From NCBI GenBank assembly GCA_963785725.1, contig CAWAWS010000007.1, forward strand, positions 672,001 to 736,000: a DNA stretch of 64,000 bases, in the 5' to 3' direction. The stretch comes from an uncultured delta proteobacterium (GTDB lineage: Bacteria > Myxococcota_A > Polyangia > Palsa-1104). Made by a program: the position numbers and the translations under genes. Numbering within the stretch: the stretch's first letter is position 1; each line of letters starts with the position of its first letter. The notes under the pieces were generated by a model. The model saw only the letters and a list, made by a program, of their open reading frames with translations. It had not been told where the DNA came from and searched no databases. Shown one piece after another: positions 50,172 to 61,298 of the stretch.

Positions 50172-50860
50172 ACGTCGCCGACGCTCGCGCCGCGCTCGCC
50201 GGCCGCACGCCCGAAGAAGTCCTCGGCTGGAGCTTCGCGCAATTCCCGCGCATCGCCATCTCCACGGCGTTCGGCCCCGAAGGCTGCGCCTTGGTCGCGA
50301 TGGCGGCGAAAATAAAACCCGATATCAAAGTCTTCACGATCGATACCGATTTCCTGTTTCCCGAATCGATCGCGCTGCGCGAAAAGTTCGTGGCGAAATA
50401 TGGGATTCAGCTGGAAGTGATGCGCGGACGAGTGACGCTCGCGCAGCAGAACGCGCGCCACGGGCTCGATTTGTGGCAGCGCGACACCGACCAATGCTGC
50501 GCGCTGCGCAAGATCGAGCCGACGGAGCGCGCGCTGCACGGCCTCGACGCCTGGATCGCCGGTTTGCGCCGCGATCAAGGCGCGTCGCGCGCGGGAATCG
50601 ACGTCGTCGAAGAGTACGATCGCTCCGAAGGCGTCCTCTACAAGATCAATCCGCTGTTGAATTGGACGCGCAAAGATACGTGGGATTATCTAATTAAGAA
50701 CGACATTCCCTATAATCCGTTATTGGACCAGGGATATAAATCGATCGGCTGCTGGCCGTGCACCAAAGCGGTCGGCGCCGACGCCGACGAGCGCGCCGGC
50801 CGCTGGGGTGGTCAAAAGAGCGAGTGCGGCATTCACACGTTCATGGCGCGAAAGGCCTAA
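50168..50860 (+). CDS. cysH: (Phospho)adenylyl-sulfate reductase with Fe-S cysteines
   Basis: [37 protein letters not shown] overlap with cysC. Confidence 0.93.
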   Translation: MNVADARAALAGRTPEEVLGWSFAQFPRIAISTAFGPEGCALVAMAAKIKPDIKVFTIDTDFLFPESIALREKFVAKYGIQLEVMRGRVTLAQQNARHGLDLWQRDTDQCCALRKIEPTERALHGLDAWIAGLRRDQGASRAGIDVVEEYDRSEGVLYKINPLLNWTRKDTWDYLIKNDIPYNPLLDQGYKSIGCWPCTKAVGADADERAGRWGGQKSECGIHTFMARKA

Positions 50861-50879
50861 GCCAACTATATTGAAAGCC

Positions 50880-51737
50880 GTGAAGATCGCGCATTTCTCG
50901 GACGTACACGCGCTGTCGCTGACCGGCGCGCGGCCCTGGCACTTTTTCAACAAGCGGGCCGCAGGGTTCATGAACTTGAAGCTGCATCGCGGCGAGAAGC
51001 ATCCGGTGCGGCTGTTTCGCGCGATCGTGGCCGATCTGAACGCGTCGCCCGTCGATCACATCATCTGCACCGGCGATCTGACGAACCTCTCGCTGACGGG
51101 CGAGTTTTCGCTGGCGCGCGAGATCCTCGACGGCATCGCGCTCGGCCCGCACGGCGTCACCGTCGTGCCCGGCAATCACGACGTGTACACGTGGGGCGTG
51201 CAGCGCCGGCAGCCGTTCCACGCGCAGTTCGCGCCTTACGCGACGTCGGACGGCGCGGCGACGGTGGAATTTCCGTCGCTGCGCGTGCGCGGTGACGTCG
51301 CCGTCGTCGGCTTGTCGACGGCCGTGCCGTCGCCGCCGCCGTGGGCCGACGGTCGGCTGGGCCCGGCGCAGCTCGACCGGCTGGAGAGCGCGCTGACGAA
51401 GCTCGACGGTAAATTTCGCATCGTGGCGCTGCATCACCCGCCGTACACGAACCGGCACGCGGTCTTGCGCGGCTTGCGCGATCGCGAGGCGCTGCAGGCG
51501 ATCTTGGCGCGCGTCGGCTGCGAGCTGGTGCTGCACGGCCACGAGCACCGCGACCTGCGCAACGAGCTGCCGGGGCCGCGCGGGCCGATCCCCGTCATCG
51601 GCGTCGGCTCGGGCACCTACGACGACCATCGGCCCGAGCGCCGCGCGCGCTACAACGTCTACACGATCGAAGACGGCCGCCTCGTCAACGTCGAGACGCG
51701 CATCCACGACGCCGCCTCCGATCGCTTCGCCGCGTAA
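50880..51737 (+). CDS. Calcineurin-like metallophosphoesterase (CpdA/Icc-like)
   Basis: SDVH, TGDL, PGNHD, HHPP, HGHEH. Confidence 0.9.
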   Translation: MKIAHFSDVHALSLTGARPWHFFNKRAAGFMNLKLHRGEKHPVRLFRAIVADLNASPVDHIICTGDLTNLSLTGEFSLAREILDGIALGPHGVTVVPGNHDVYTWGVQRRQPFHAQFAPYATSDGAATVEFPSLRVRGDVAVVGLSTAVPSPPPWADGRLGPAQLDRLESALTKLDGKFRIVALHHPPYTNRHAVLRGLRDREALQAILARVGCELVLHGHEHRDLRNELPGPRGPIPVIGVGSGTYDDHRPERRARYNVYTIEDGRLVNVETRIHDAASDRFAA

Positions 51738-51747
51738 TCCGTAGCGA

Positions 51748-52569
51748 TCAGTCGATGGCGATGGCGGCGTAACCGACGACGCGGTCGCGCTCGCCGAAGG
51801 TGTCACCCGAGGTGCCGTACGCGATCAGCGTGCCGCGCGTCGCGCCGCGCGCCGTCGCGTAGGCCAGCGCCACCGTCGCCGGCAGCACGCCGCACATGCT
51901 GATGTCCTCGGCTTCGACGACGGCGTAGAGCTGCGCGGCGTCGCAGGCGAGCATGGGCGCGATGGCGCGACGATCGATCGCGCGCGTCATGTCGTCGGGC
52001 AAATAATGGCTCATGTCGCTCGAGGCCACGACGAGCACGTCCTCGCCGAGCGCGGTCACGACGGCTGCGAGCGCGCGGCCGAGCGCGATACAGGCGTCGC
52101 CGTCGATGCCGCCGACGATCACCGGCGTCACCTGCAGCTGCGGCTGGCGCGCCAACAACAGCGGCAGCTCGACCTCGAGCGCGTGCTCGGCGCGATGCGC
52201 CTCGTGGTCGGCGACGAAGCCGGCGCCGCTGGCGATGAGCCGCGCCGCCAAGTCCTCGTCGACGGGCACTTCGGCGCCGGGCAGCGCGAAGGCGCCGCGC
52301 GGCCACACGGCGACGCGTTGGCCGCGGCCGGTGTGATTGGGCGCCAGCACGACGACGCGACGGGGAACCGCCGTGGCCGCGAACACGCTGCCGGCGATCG
52401 CGCCCGAATAGACGTAGCCCGCGTGCGGCGCGACGACCGCGAGGTGGCGCGCGCCGGCCGCGGGCGCGGCGCCGAGACAGCGCGCGACCTCGAGCGCCAG
52501 CTCGTCGGCGCGGCCGGGATAGAAGCGACCGGCGACGGCCGGCGGTCGAATGTCGAGGCTGCTCGCCAT
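51748..52569 (-). CDS. amrB: AmmeMemoRadiSam system protein B (MEMO1 family)
   Basis: RPPAVAGRFYP, PHAGYVYSG, PNH, EHALEV, SSDMSHY, SMCG, VVGYA. Confidence 0.92.
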   Translation of the reverse strand: MASSLDIRPPAVAGRFYPGRADELALEVARCLGAAPAAGARHLAVVAPHAGYVYSGAIAGSVFAATAVPRRVVVLAPNHTGRGQRVAVWPRGAFALPGAEVPVDEDLAARLIASGAGFVADHEAHRAEHALEVELPLLLARQPQLQVTPVIVGGIDGDACIALGRALAAVVTALGEDVLVVASSDMSHYLPDDMTRAIDRRAIAPMLACDAAQLYAVVEAEDISMCGVLPATVALAYATARGATRGTLIAYGTSGDTFGERDRVVGYAAIAID

Positions 52570-52665
52570 CTCGCCTTCATCTTAAGCCCTACTAGGGCGC
52601 CGAGCGCAGCAGCGACGGTCGTCGCGGCTGTCAGCCGTCGAGCGGGCGGGCCCTGCGCTCGGCAG

Positions 52666-52681
52666 TGGCACATCGGATGCT
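52666..52681 (+). promoter_or_regulatory. Putative sigma-54 (-24/-12) promoter of the ATP-grasp/KGG operon
   Basis: TGGCACATCGGATGCT, GG-N10-GC, about 110 bp upstream of ATG 52790. Confidence 0.55.
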
Positions 52682-52789
52682 TTGTTCCTGCGTGTCGGTT
52701 CGCGTCGCACCGCAAGCCTCGTGTTTGCCGCCGCGGTGGAACCCGAACGGATCGAAAAGGAAACGAGGCGATCAAATCGGTCGAGACCC

Positions 52790-53707
52790 ATGCGGAGAAT
52801 CGGAATCATATCGGCCTGTCACGACGAGGACTGGCACGCGCAGCGGTTCGCGCTCGCCGCCGCCGGCCACGGTCGCGTCGACGTCGTCGCGCCGACCGCC
52901 TTCGCGGCCGCCGTCGGCGCCGGCGCGCCGCGCGTCACCATCGACGGCGTCGACAGCCGCGAATACGCCGTGCTGTTCACGCCGCGCGCGCTCGGTGACG
53001 ACGGCAATGCCGACGTCCAGCTCGAGCTCTACCGCGTCTTGGCCGCCTCGGGCGCGCGCCTGATCAACCCGATCGGTCCGCTGCTCGTCGCCATCGACAA
53101 GTTTCGCACCAGCTGGGAGTTGGCCGCGGCCGGCGTGCCCACGCCCGCCGCGCGCGTCGCGCAGACGGCGACGCAAGCGCGCGCCGCGCTGGCGGCGCTC
53201 GGCGACTCCGTGGCCAAGCCGCTCTACGGCTCGCTCGGTATCGACGTCGAGTCGCTCACCGAAAATGACGGCGCCCGCGCCGCGGCGCTCGTGGCCGAAC
53301 GGGGCGCGCTCTACCTTCAAGCGCGCGTGCGCGACGTGCAGCGCGATCTGCGCGTCTTCGTCATCGGTGCGCGGGTCGCGGCGGCGCTGGCGCGGCGACC
53401 GCGCGCGGGCGACTTCCGCGGCAACGTCGCGCGCGACGCCGAGCAGCGGCTCACCCAGGTCGACGCCGACGTGGCGCGCGTGGCCGTCGCCGCCTGCCGC
53501 GCGGTCGGCCTCGACTACGCCGGCGTCGATCTCGTCGTCGGCGCGCGCGGACCCGAGGTGCTGGAGGTGAACGGCACGCCGTCGTTTCGCGCCATCTACG
53601 ACGCCAGCGGTCGCGACATGGCTGAGGCGATCGTCGCGTACGCGCTGGATGCGCCCGGAATTTACGCAGTCAACGGAGAGGGTGAATGGCTAAGGCCGGC
53701 AACATGA
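52790..53707 (+). CDS. RimK/LysX-family ATP-grasp ligase
   Basis: DKFRT, GVPTP, KPLYGSLG, DLRVFVIG, FRGNVA, GLDYAGVDL, LEVNGTP. Confidence 0.88.
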   Translation: MRRIGIISACHDEDWHAQRFALAAAGHGRVDVVAPTAFAAAVGAGAPRVTIDGVDSREYAVLFTPRALGDDGNADVQLELYRVLAASGARLINPIGPLLVAIDKFRTSWELAAAGVPTPAARVAQTATQARAALAALGDSVAKPLYGSLGIDVESLTENDGARAAALVAERGALYLQARVRDVQRDLRVFVIGARVAAALARRPRAGDFRGNVARDAEQRLTQVDADVARVAVAACRAVGLDYAGVDLVVGARGPEVLEVNGTPSFRAIYDASGRDMAEAIVAYALDAPGIYAVNGEGEWLRPAT

Positions 53708-53934
53708 GCGTGCGTGAGGCGGGACGAAAAGGCGGCGAGAAGGGTGGCCAGACCACCAAAGCTCGCTACGGCTCGGACTACTACCGCGAGATCGGCCGGC
53801 GCGGCGGCGAGGCCGTGCGCGCGGCGCGCGGCCCCGAGTTCTACGAGGAAATTGGACGAAAGGGCGGCCAAAAGGTCAGAGCGCTGATCGCGGCCGCCAA
53901 ACGATCGATCGAGCAACCCCCTGCGAAGGAGTAG
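53686..53934 (+). CDS. KGG-repeat general stress protein (GsiB/Em-like)
   Basis: MSVREAGRKGG, YYREIGRRGG, FYEEIGRKGG; GGAGAGG RBS. Confidence 0.88.
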   Translation: MAKAGNMSVREAGRKGGEKGGQTTKARYGSDYYREIGRRGGEAVRAARGPEFYEEIGRKGGQKVRALIAAAKRSIEQPPAKE

Positions 53935-53937
53935 CGA

Positions 53938-54222
53938 ATGCCCGATGAGAAGAAGAGCGGCGGAATGACCGTCCGCGAGGCTGGTCGCAAAGGCGGACAA
54001 AAAGTCCGCGATGAGCGGGGCCACGCGTTTTACGAAGCCATCGGCCGCAAAGGCGGCGAGACCGTACGCGATCAACGTGGCCACGAGTTCTACGAGGAGA
54101 TCGGCCACAAAGGCGGCCAGAAGGTCAAAGAGCTGATCGCCGCCGGCAAGAAGCGCGCGGCCGAGGTCGCCGAGGAGGCGTTGAAAGCGCCGGCCAAAGA
54201 GGGCGGCGAAGGCAGCAAGTAA
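53938..54222 (+). CDS. KGG-repeat general stress protein (GsiB/Em-like), second copy
   Basis: MTVREAGRKGG, FYEAIGRKGG, FYEEIGHKGG; AAGGAG RBS. Confidence 0.88.
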   Translation: MPDEKKSGGMTVREAGRKGGQKVRDERGHAFYEAIGRKGGETVRDQRGHEFYEEIGHKGGQKVKELIAAGKKRAAEVAEEALKAPAKEGGEGSK

Positions 54223-54360
54223 CCGGCAGACGACATCGCGAATGGACCGTGTAGTCGGCCGTGGAGCCGCCGATACACGCTGCCATTCGGCGATTTAGCG
54301 ATAACCAGGACGACGCTCGTCGCGCGAATCGGCGCGAGCGAGCGCTTGCGGCCGTTGTGT

Positions 54361-55002
54361 TTACGCGGCTTCCGCTTTGCGACCGAGGTGCTCGGCCAGC
54401 CGCGCCAGCGGCTCTTCAATCTCCGCGCACAACGACTCGGGCACGATCTTGTCCGCACGCGCGTGCGCCAAGAGCTCCATCAGTCGATTGATCGTCGACG
54501 TCATGCTCGTCAGGCGCTTCTCGTTCTGCTCCTCCGAAGGCACGGGAAACAGCGCTTCTTTATAGAGCCGCGTGATCTTCGGCAGCGTCGCGCCTTCGTC
54601 GAGCACGTGGCGGCGCAGCTCGGTCAACGTCTCGGGCGGCGCCTCCGTCTCCTCTTCGGCGCGGCGGAGAAAATCGACCGACTGCCAGCTCGGGATCGGC
54701 GCGTCACGCCCGTCGCGCTTCAAGATATCGGGCGCTTTGTTGCGCAAGAACGCGAACGAGCCGGTCAGCTTCTCGGCCGTGTCGCGCTTCAAGTGCAGCT
54801 CCTTGGCGCAATAATCCTCGAAGCTGCCGTAGCCCCACCGCTTGAAGTTGTCGCCGCGCTTGACCTCGACCAGCGCCTCGCCGAGCTCGAACCAGCTCGA
54901 CTTGAAGCGCCGAACGCGCGCGATCATCTCCGCCCGCTGCGGATCGTGCGCGTGGTGAATTTCCGAAGCGGCCAACACGTCATCGGTCTTGGTCCGTGCC
55001 AT
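54361..55002 (-). CDS. Hypothetical helical protein
   Basis: Coding-like frame with FKSSWFELG..L, WGYGSFEDYC..EL motif. Confidence 0.7.
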   Translation of the reverse strand: MARTKTDDVLAASEIHHAHDPQRAEMIARVRRFKSSWFELGEALVEVKRGDNFKRWGYGSFEDYCAKELHLKRDTAEKLTGSFAFLRNKAPDILKRDGRDAPIPSWQSVDFLRRAEEETEAPPETLTELRRHVLDEGATLPKITRLYKEALFPVPSEEQNEKRLTSMTSTINRLMELLAHARADKIVPESLCAEIEEPLARLAEHLGRKAEAA

Positions 55003-55166
55003 TGGCGGGGGAAGATACACGACTGCGGTCGCCGGCTGTGTATGCGAAAAAACATCAGTGCCGGCGCTTACGGGACGGCGCCAACCTGTAATGTGAGCGC
55101 GGTCATTCCCGTGCGTTTACAAGATGGCGATGCTGCGTCATAATTTGGAGCTGCTGAGCGAGCGGA

Positions 55167-56942
<1,776 letters not shown>

Positions 56943-56967
56943 GACCTTGGCTTACGAGGGAGGGAAC

Positions 56968-57762
56968 ATGCGGGTGCGTAGCTTCATAGCGACGGTGACG
57001 TGTCTGGCGTTTACGGCGATGGTGGCGTGGCCGTATCGCGTCCACGCGCAGGAGGCCGCGCCGCCAGCCGCCGCGCCCGCCAACGACGACGCGACGATGG
57101 CGCAGGCCAAGCAGCACTTCGAGGCCGGCCGCAGCGCCTACAACGCCGGCGATTACGCGGGCTCGATTCGCGAGTTCAAGCAGGCCGAGGCGCTGCGTCC
57201 GTCGCCGGTGCTCGACTACAACATCGGGCTCGCCAACGAGAAGCTGGGCAAGCGCCGCGTGGCCGTGAAGTACTACCGGCACTACTTGGAGCTGCAGCCC
57301 AACGCGCCCAACAAAGACGAGGTGCAAGGTCGCATCACGTCGCTGGAAGCGGCCATCGCGCAGCAGCCGCCGGCGGCGCAAGGTCAGCCCGGCGGCAACG
57401 CGCCGCAGGCCGAAGAGGCGCCCGGCGACATGCCGCCGCCCGACGTCAACGCGCCGCAAGCGCAACAGGCGCAGGCGGCGAGCTACGATCCGTACGCGTC
57501 GGCGGCACCGGGACAAGCGCCGATCGTCAAGAAGAAGCACAGCTACTGGTGGATCTGGCTCATCGTCGCCGGCGGCGCGGCGCTGACGATCGGCCTCATC
57601 GTCTACGTCGCGCTCGTGGCCGAGTCGACGACCAGGAATTTCAACACCGTCGACGCGCTGCCCACGCGGTCGCCCGGCAGCGCGCTCAACCCAGCGCAAG
57701 GCAGCTCGATCGATCGGCAGCAGAAGCCCAGCTTCAACGGCGTCACGCTCTTCCACTTCTAG
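56968..57762 (+). CDS. Secreted TPR protein with C-terminal TM
   Basis: Signal peptide; AKQHFEAG..YNAGDY..F..A..PSPVLDYNIG; WWIW TM; ends FHF. Confidence 0.82.
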   Translation: MRVRSFIATVTCLAFTAMVAWPYRVHAQEAAPPAAAPANDDATMAQAKQHFEAGRSAYNAGDYAGSIREFKQAEALRPSPVLDYNIGLANEKLGKRRVAVKYYRHYLELQPNAPNKDEVQGRITSLEAAIAQQPPAAQGQPGGNAPQAEEAPGDMPPPDVNAPQAQQAQAASYDPYASAAPGQAPIVKKKHSYWWIWLIVAGGAALTIGLIVYVALVAESTTRNFNTVDALPTRSPGSALNPAQGSSIDRQQKPSFNGVTLFHF

Positions 57763-57982
57763 TCTCGCCTCGTCGCCGCGTTTCCTCGCAGGATTCCGTG
57801 TAAACAGCCGCGTTCCGCTGTAACTGCGCGCTTTGCCGCTGTCGAATCGTTCCCCACCGGCGCACACCGCAAGTGTGCGACAAGGCGTACCTGCGCGGTC
57901 CCTCAAGGCTGGTCTCGGCTCTGCACTGTCGCGAGCTCACCAGAAGCTTCACCACTCCTTTCCGAAGGCATAGGGGACCGAG

Positions 57983-59764
57983 ATGAGAGTCGTCATTCGA
58001 TCGCTGATGAGCGTGATGTTCGCGGCCACCATCGCCGGCTGCGGGGGCAGCGGCGCGACGGGCAGCGCGGGCGGCAGCGGCAACGCCGGCGGCACGCTCG
58101 GCAACGCGGGCGGCAGCGGCAACGCCGGCGGCGGCGATCCGACCGGCAACGCGGGCGGCAGCGGCAACGCCGGCGGCGGCGACGCGGGCGGCGGCGGCGA
58201 TCCGACGGGCAACGCCGGCGGCGGCGGCACGACGACGAGCGGCCCCGGCTGTGGCGCGACCGTGTGGATGATGAACACGCAGTACGCCGTCGGTGCGATC
58301 GTCTTCTACACGCCGAACGGCATGTATTACATCGCGACCAACGCGAATCCCGGCTACGATCCGACGGTCAGCACCTGGTTCTGGAGCCCGTACACGTGCA
58401 CGACCGGCGCCGGTGGCGGCGGCGGCAGCGCGGGCGGCGGCGGCACGGCCGGCGGCGGCGGAACGGCTGGCGGCGGCGGCAGCGCCGGCGGCGGCGGCAC
58501 GCCGGTCGGCGGCAACACCGGACCCTACGATCGCATCGGCTACTTCGCGCAGTGGGGCATCTACGGCCGCAACTTCCCGGTCAAGAGCGTCGTCGACACC
58601 GGCGAAGCCGACAAGCTCACCGTCATCAATTACGCGTTCGAGAACATCGACCCGGTCAACTTCACCTGCCTCATGGCGACGAAGGCTTCAGGCACCGACG
58701 GCAACGATCCGTCGCAAGGTGACGGCGCCGGCGATCAGTTCGCCGATTACACGAAGTCGTTCGACGCGACCACCTCCGTCGACGGCGTGGCCGACGTCTA
58801 CTCGCAGACGCTCAAGGGCAACTTCAACCAGCTCAAGAAGCTGAAGGGGAAATATCCCAACTTGAAGGTCGTCGTCTCGCTCGGCGGCTGGACGTTCTCC
58901 AAGTTCTTCTCCGACGTCGCGGCCACGGACGCGTCGCGCAAGAAGTTCGTCGCGTCGTGCATCGACATGTACATCGCCGGCAACATTCCCGTGTCCGACG
59001 GCGCCGGCGGACCGGGCACCGCTGCCGGCATCTTCGACGGCTTCGACCTCGACTGGGAGTGGCCGGGCGGCGACACCGGCCATCCCGGCAACCACTACAG
59101 CGCCGCCGACAAGACCAACTATGGCCTGCTCATGACCGAGTTCCGCACGGAGCTCGACGCGCTCGGCAAGCATTACCTCCTGAGCGCGTTCTTGCCGGCC
59201 GATCCGGGCAAGATCTCGGCGGGCATCGACTTGCCGACGGTGTTCAAGGCGCTCGACTACGGCGACGTGCAGGGCTACGACTTCCACGGCGACTGGGAGC
59301 CGACGCAGACGAACCATGGCGCGGCCCTCTACGATCCGGCGGGCGACCCGTCGACGTCGAAGTTTTCGGGCGACATCGCCATCAACGCGTACTTGTCACA
59401 AGGCGTGAAAGCGAGCCAGATCACGCTCGGCCTGCCGCTCTACGGCTACGGCTGGACCGGGGTCACCGCCGGCAGCAACCACGGCTTGTGGCAGCCCGCG
59501 ACCGGCCTCGCCAGCGGCGTTTGGGTGCCCGGCACCAACGACTACAAGGTCCTAAAGCCCATGTTCGCGACGGTCTACCACGACACGACGGCGATGGCGG
59601 CCTGGGGCTACGACGGCACCAACTTCTGGACGTTCGACGATCCGTGGGTCTTCGGCCAGAAGGCGGCGTACATCAAGGCCAAGCAGCTGCGCGGCGCCAT
59701 GGTCTGGGAGCTCGACGGCGACGACGGCTCGCTCATGACCGCGCTCGACGCCGGCCTCAAGTAG
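57983..59764 (+). CDS. GH18 chitinase lipoprotein with CBM5/12-like module and Gly-rich linkers
   Basis: Lipobox IAGC; GYFAQWGIYGR, SLGGWT, FDGFDLDWEWP (DxDxE), YDFHG, GAMVWELDGD. Confidence 0.93.
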   Translation: MRVVIRSLMSVMFAATIAGCGGSGATGSAGGSGNAGGTLGNAGGSGNAGGGDPTGNAGGSGNAGGGDAGGGGDPTGNAGGGGTTTSGPGCGATVWMMNTQYAVGAIVFYTPNGMYYIATNANPGYDPTVSTWFWSPYTCTTGAGGGGGSAGGGGTAGGGGTAGGGGSAGGGGTPVGGNTGPYDRIGYFAQWGIYGRNFPVKSVVDTGEADKLTVINYAFENIDPVNFTCLMATKASGTDGNDPSQGDGAGDQFADYTKSFDATTSVDGVADVYSQTLKGNFNQLKKLKGKYPNLKVVVSLGGWTFSKFFSDVAATDASRKKFVASCIDMYIAGNIPVSDGAGGPGTAAGIFDGFDLDWEWPGGDTGHPGNHYSAADKTNYGLLMTEFRTELDALGKHYLLSAFLPADPGKISAGIDLPTVFKALDYGDVQGYDFHGDWEPTQTNHGAALYDPAGDPSTSKFSGDIAINAYLSQGVKASQITLGLPLYGYGWTGVTAGSNHGLWQPATGLASGVWVPGTNDYKVLKPMFATVYHDTTAMAAWGYDGTNFWTFDDPWVFGQKAAYIKAKQLRGAMVWELDGDDGSLMTALDAGLK

Positions 59765-59882
59765 TCGATTCACCCGATAGATCTACAAGCAAATCACGTC
59801 TGTTTTCCCTCCAGCTCAGGTTGACGGGAGCCCGCGAACGAGGATAAGAGGTGGCATCCCTCATCCTGGGCTGGAGGAATAG

Positions 59883-61289
59883 ATGTCCCGTTCGTTGTCG
59901 TTGGTTTCGTGGGCGGCGCTGGTGCTGCTGGCGGGTTGCGTCGAGCAGCAGAACGACATGCCGAGCGAGGAGGACGTCAAGGCCGCGCACGAGAACGTCC
60001 TGGCGACGGCGCCGGCCAAGATTCAGCATCCCAACGACGGCGTGCTCGACGACAAGCTGGAGTATCTCGGCGTCGACGTCGATACCGATACGGTCACGCC
60101 GGGCAAGGCGTTCACGCTCACCCATTATTGGCGCGTGCTGGCGCCGGTGGGCGACGACTGGAAGCTGTTCGTTCACCTCGAGACGCCGGACTCGAAGAAG
60201 AACCACTTGAACGCCGATCACGTGCCGATCGGCGGCAAATATCCGCTGGCGCTGTGGAAGAAGGGCGAGATCATCCGCGACATCCATCGCGTCTCGGTGC
60301 CGCAGTCGTGGCCGGGCAGCGAGGTCGACATCTATGTCGGCGCTTGGAAGGGCCCGCTGCGCATGAAGCCGACCAAAGGGCCGCACGACACCGAGAATCG
60401 TATCCTCGCGGTCAAGCTGCCGGTGCAGTCGGCGACGCCGGTCGTCGAGAAGAAGCGGATCATCGCGCGCAAGATCAAGAACGGCGCCATCAAGCTCGAC
60501 GGCAAGCTCGACGAAAAAGAGTGGGCCGACGCGGCGTCGACGGGCGACTTCGTGCGCTCGATCGATGGGCAGCCGGCCGAGCAGAAGACGTTCGCCAAAG
60601 TGCTGTACGACGACAAGAATCTCTACGTCGCGTTCCAGAACAGCGACACCGACGTGTGGACGACGCTCGACAAGCACGACGACAAGCTGTGGACGCAGGA
60701 AGCGGACGAGCTGTTCATCGACGCCGACGGCGACGGCAAGTCGTACATCGAGCTGCAGGCGAACGCCAAGGGCGCGACGTTCGATTCGTATTTGCCGACC
60801 TATCGCCAGAACCAGAACGACTTCGAGTCGGGGCTGAAGGCGGCGGCGCACGTCGACGGCACGCTCAACAAGCGCGACGATCAGGACAAGGGCTGGACGC
60901 TGGAGCTGGCGTTCCCGCTCGAGTCGGCCAAGGGCAAGGAGAAGGAGATGAAGAACGTGCCGCCGAAGCTCGGAACCGAGTGGCGCGTGAACTTCTTCCG
61001 CATGGATCAGCCGACCGGTCGTCCGCAGGCGGGCACGGCTTGGTCGCCGCCGATGGTCGGTGACTTCCACTCGCTCGACAAGTTCGGCATCCTCGTGTTC
61101 GGCGACGACAAGGGCAAGGCGCCCACGCTCGTCGTGCCGGCGGCGCCGAACGCCGACAAGAAGGCCGATGCCACGCCGCCCGCCGCGACGCCGCCCGCCG
61201 CGCCGGCGACGCCGCCGTCGGGCGCTTCGGCCGCGCCGACGAGCGGCATCAAGATGATGCACGCGCTGCGTAAGCCCCTCACGCAGTAG
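59883..61289 (+). CDS. Lipoprotein with CBM9-like sugar-binding domain
   Basis: Lipobox LAGC; IKLDGKLDEKEW, YDDKNLYV, ELFID, WTLELAFP, WRVNFFR. Confidence 0.82.
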   Translation: MSRSLSLVSWAALVLLAGCVEQQNDMPSEEDVKAAHENVLATAPAKIQHPNDGVLDDKLEYLGVDVDTDTVTPGKAFTLTHYWRVLAPVGDDWKLFVHLETPDSKKNHLNADHVPIGGKYPLALWKKGEIIRDIHRVSVPQSWPGSEVDIYVGAWKGPLRMKPTKGPHDTENRILAVKLPVQSATPVVEKKRIIARKIKNGAIKLDGKLDEKEWADAASTGDFVRSIDGQPAEQKTFAKVLYDDKNLYVAFQNSDTDVWTTLDKHDDKLWTQEADELFIDADGDGKSYIELQANAKGATFDSYLPTYRQNQNDFESGLKAAAHVDGTLNKRDDQDKGWTLELAFPLESAKGKEKEMKNVPPKLGTEWRVNFFRMDQPTGRPQAGTAWSPPMVGDFHSLDKFGILVFGDDKGKAPTLVVPAAPNADKKADATPPAATPPAAPATPPSGASAAPTSGIKMMHALRKPLTQ

Positions 61290-61298
61290 TCTTTCGTC

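Noticed and set aside
49614..52569. Novel sulfur or Memo pathway from cysC-cysH-phosphoesterase-amrB
   Set aside because: Ordinary genes; amrB is convergent, and the missing partners (sat/cysDN, amrA/amrS) may simply be elsewhere in the genome.
52790..54222. Graspetide (omega-ester RiPP) cluster
   Set aside because: The small proteins are recognisable KGG stress proteins without a leader/core layout or Thr/Ser-Asp/Glu core repeats, and the ligase looks RimK-like. Kept only as a general modification hypothesis.
57763..57982. Riboswitch upstream of the chitinase
   Set aside because: A hairpin (CGCACAC/GTGTGCG) is present, but I could not match any riboswitch consensus by eye.
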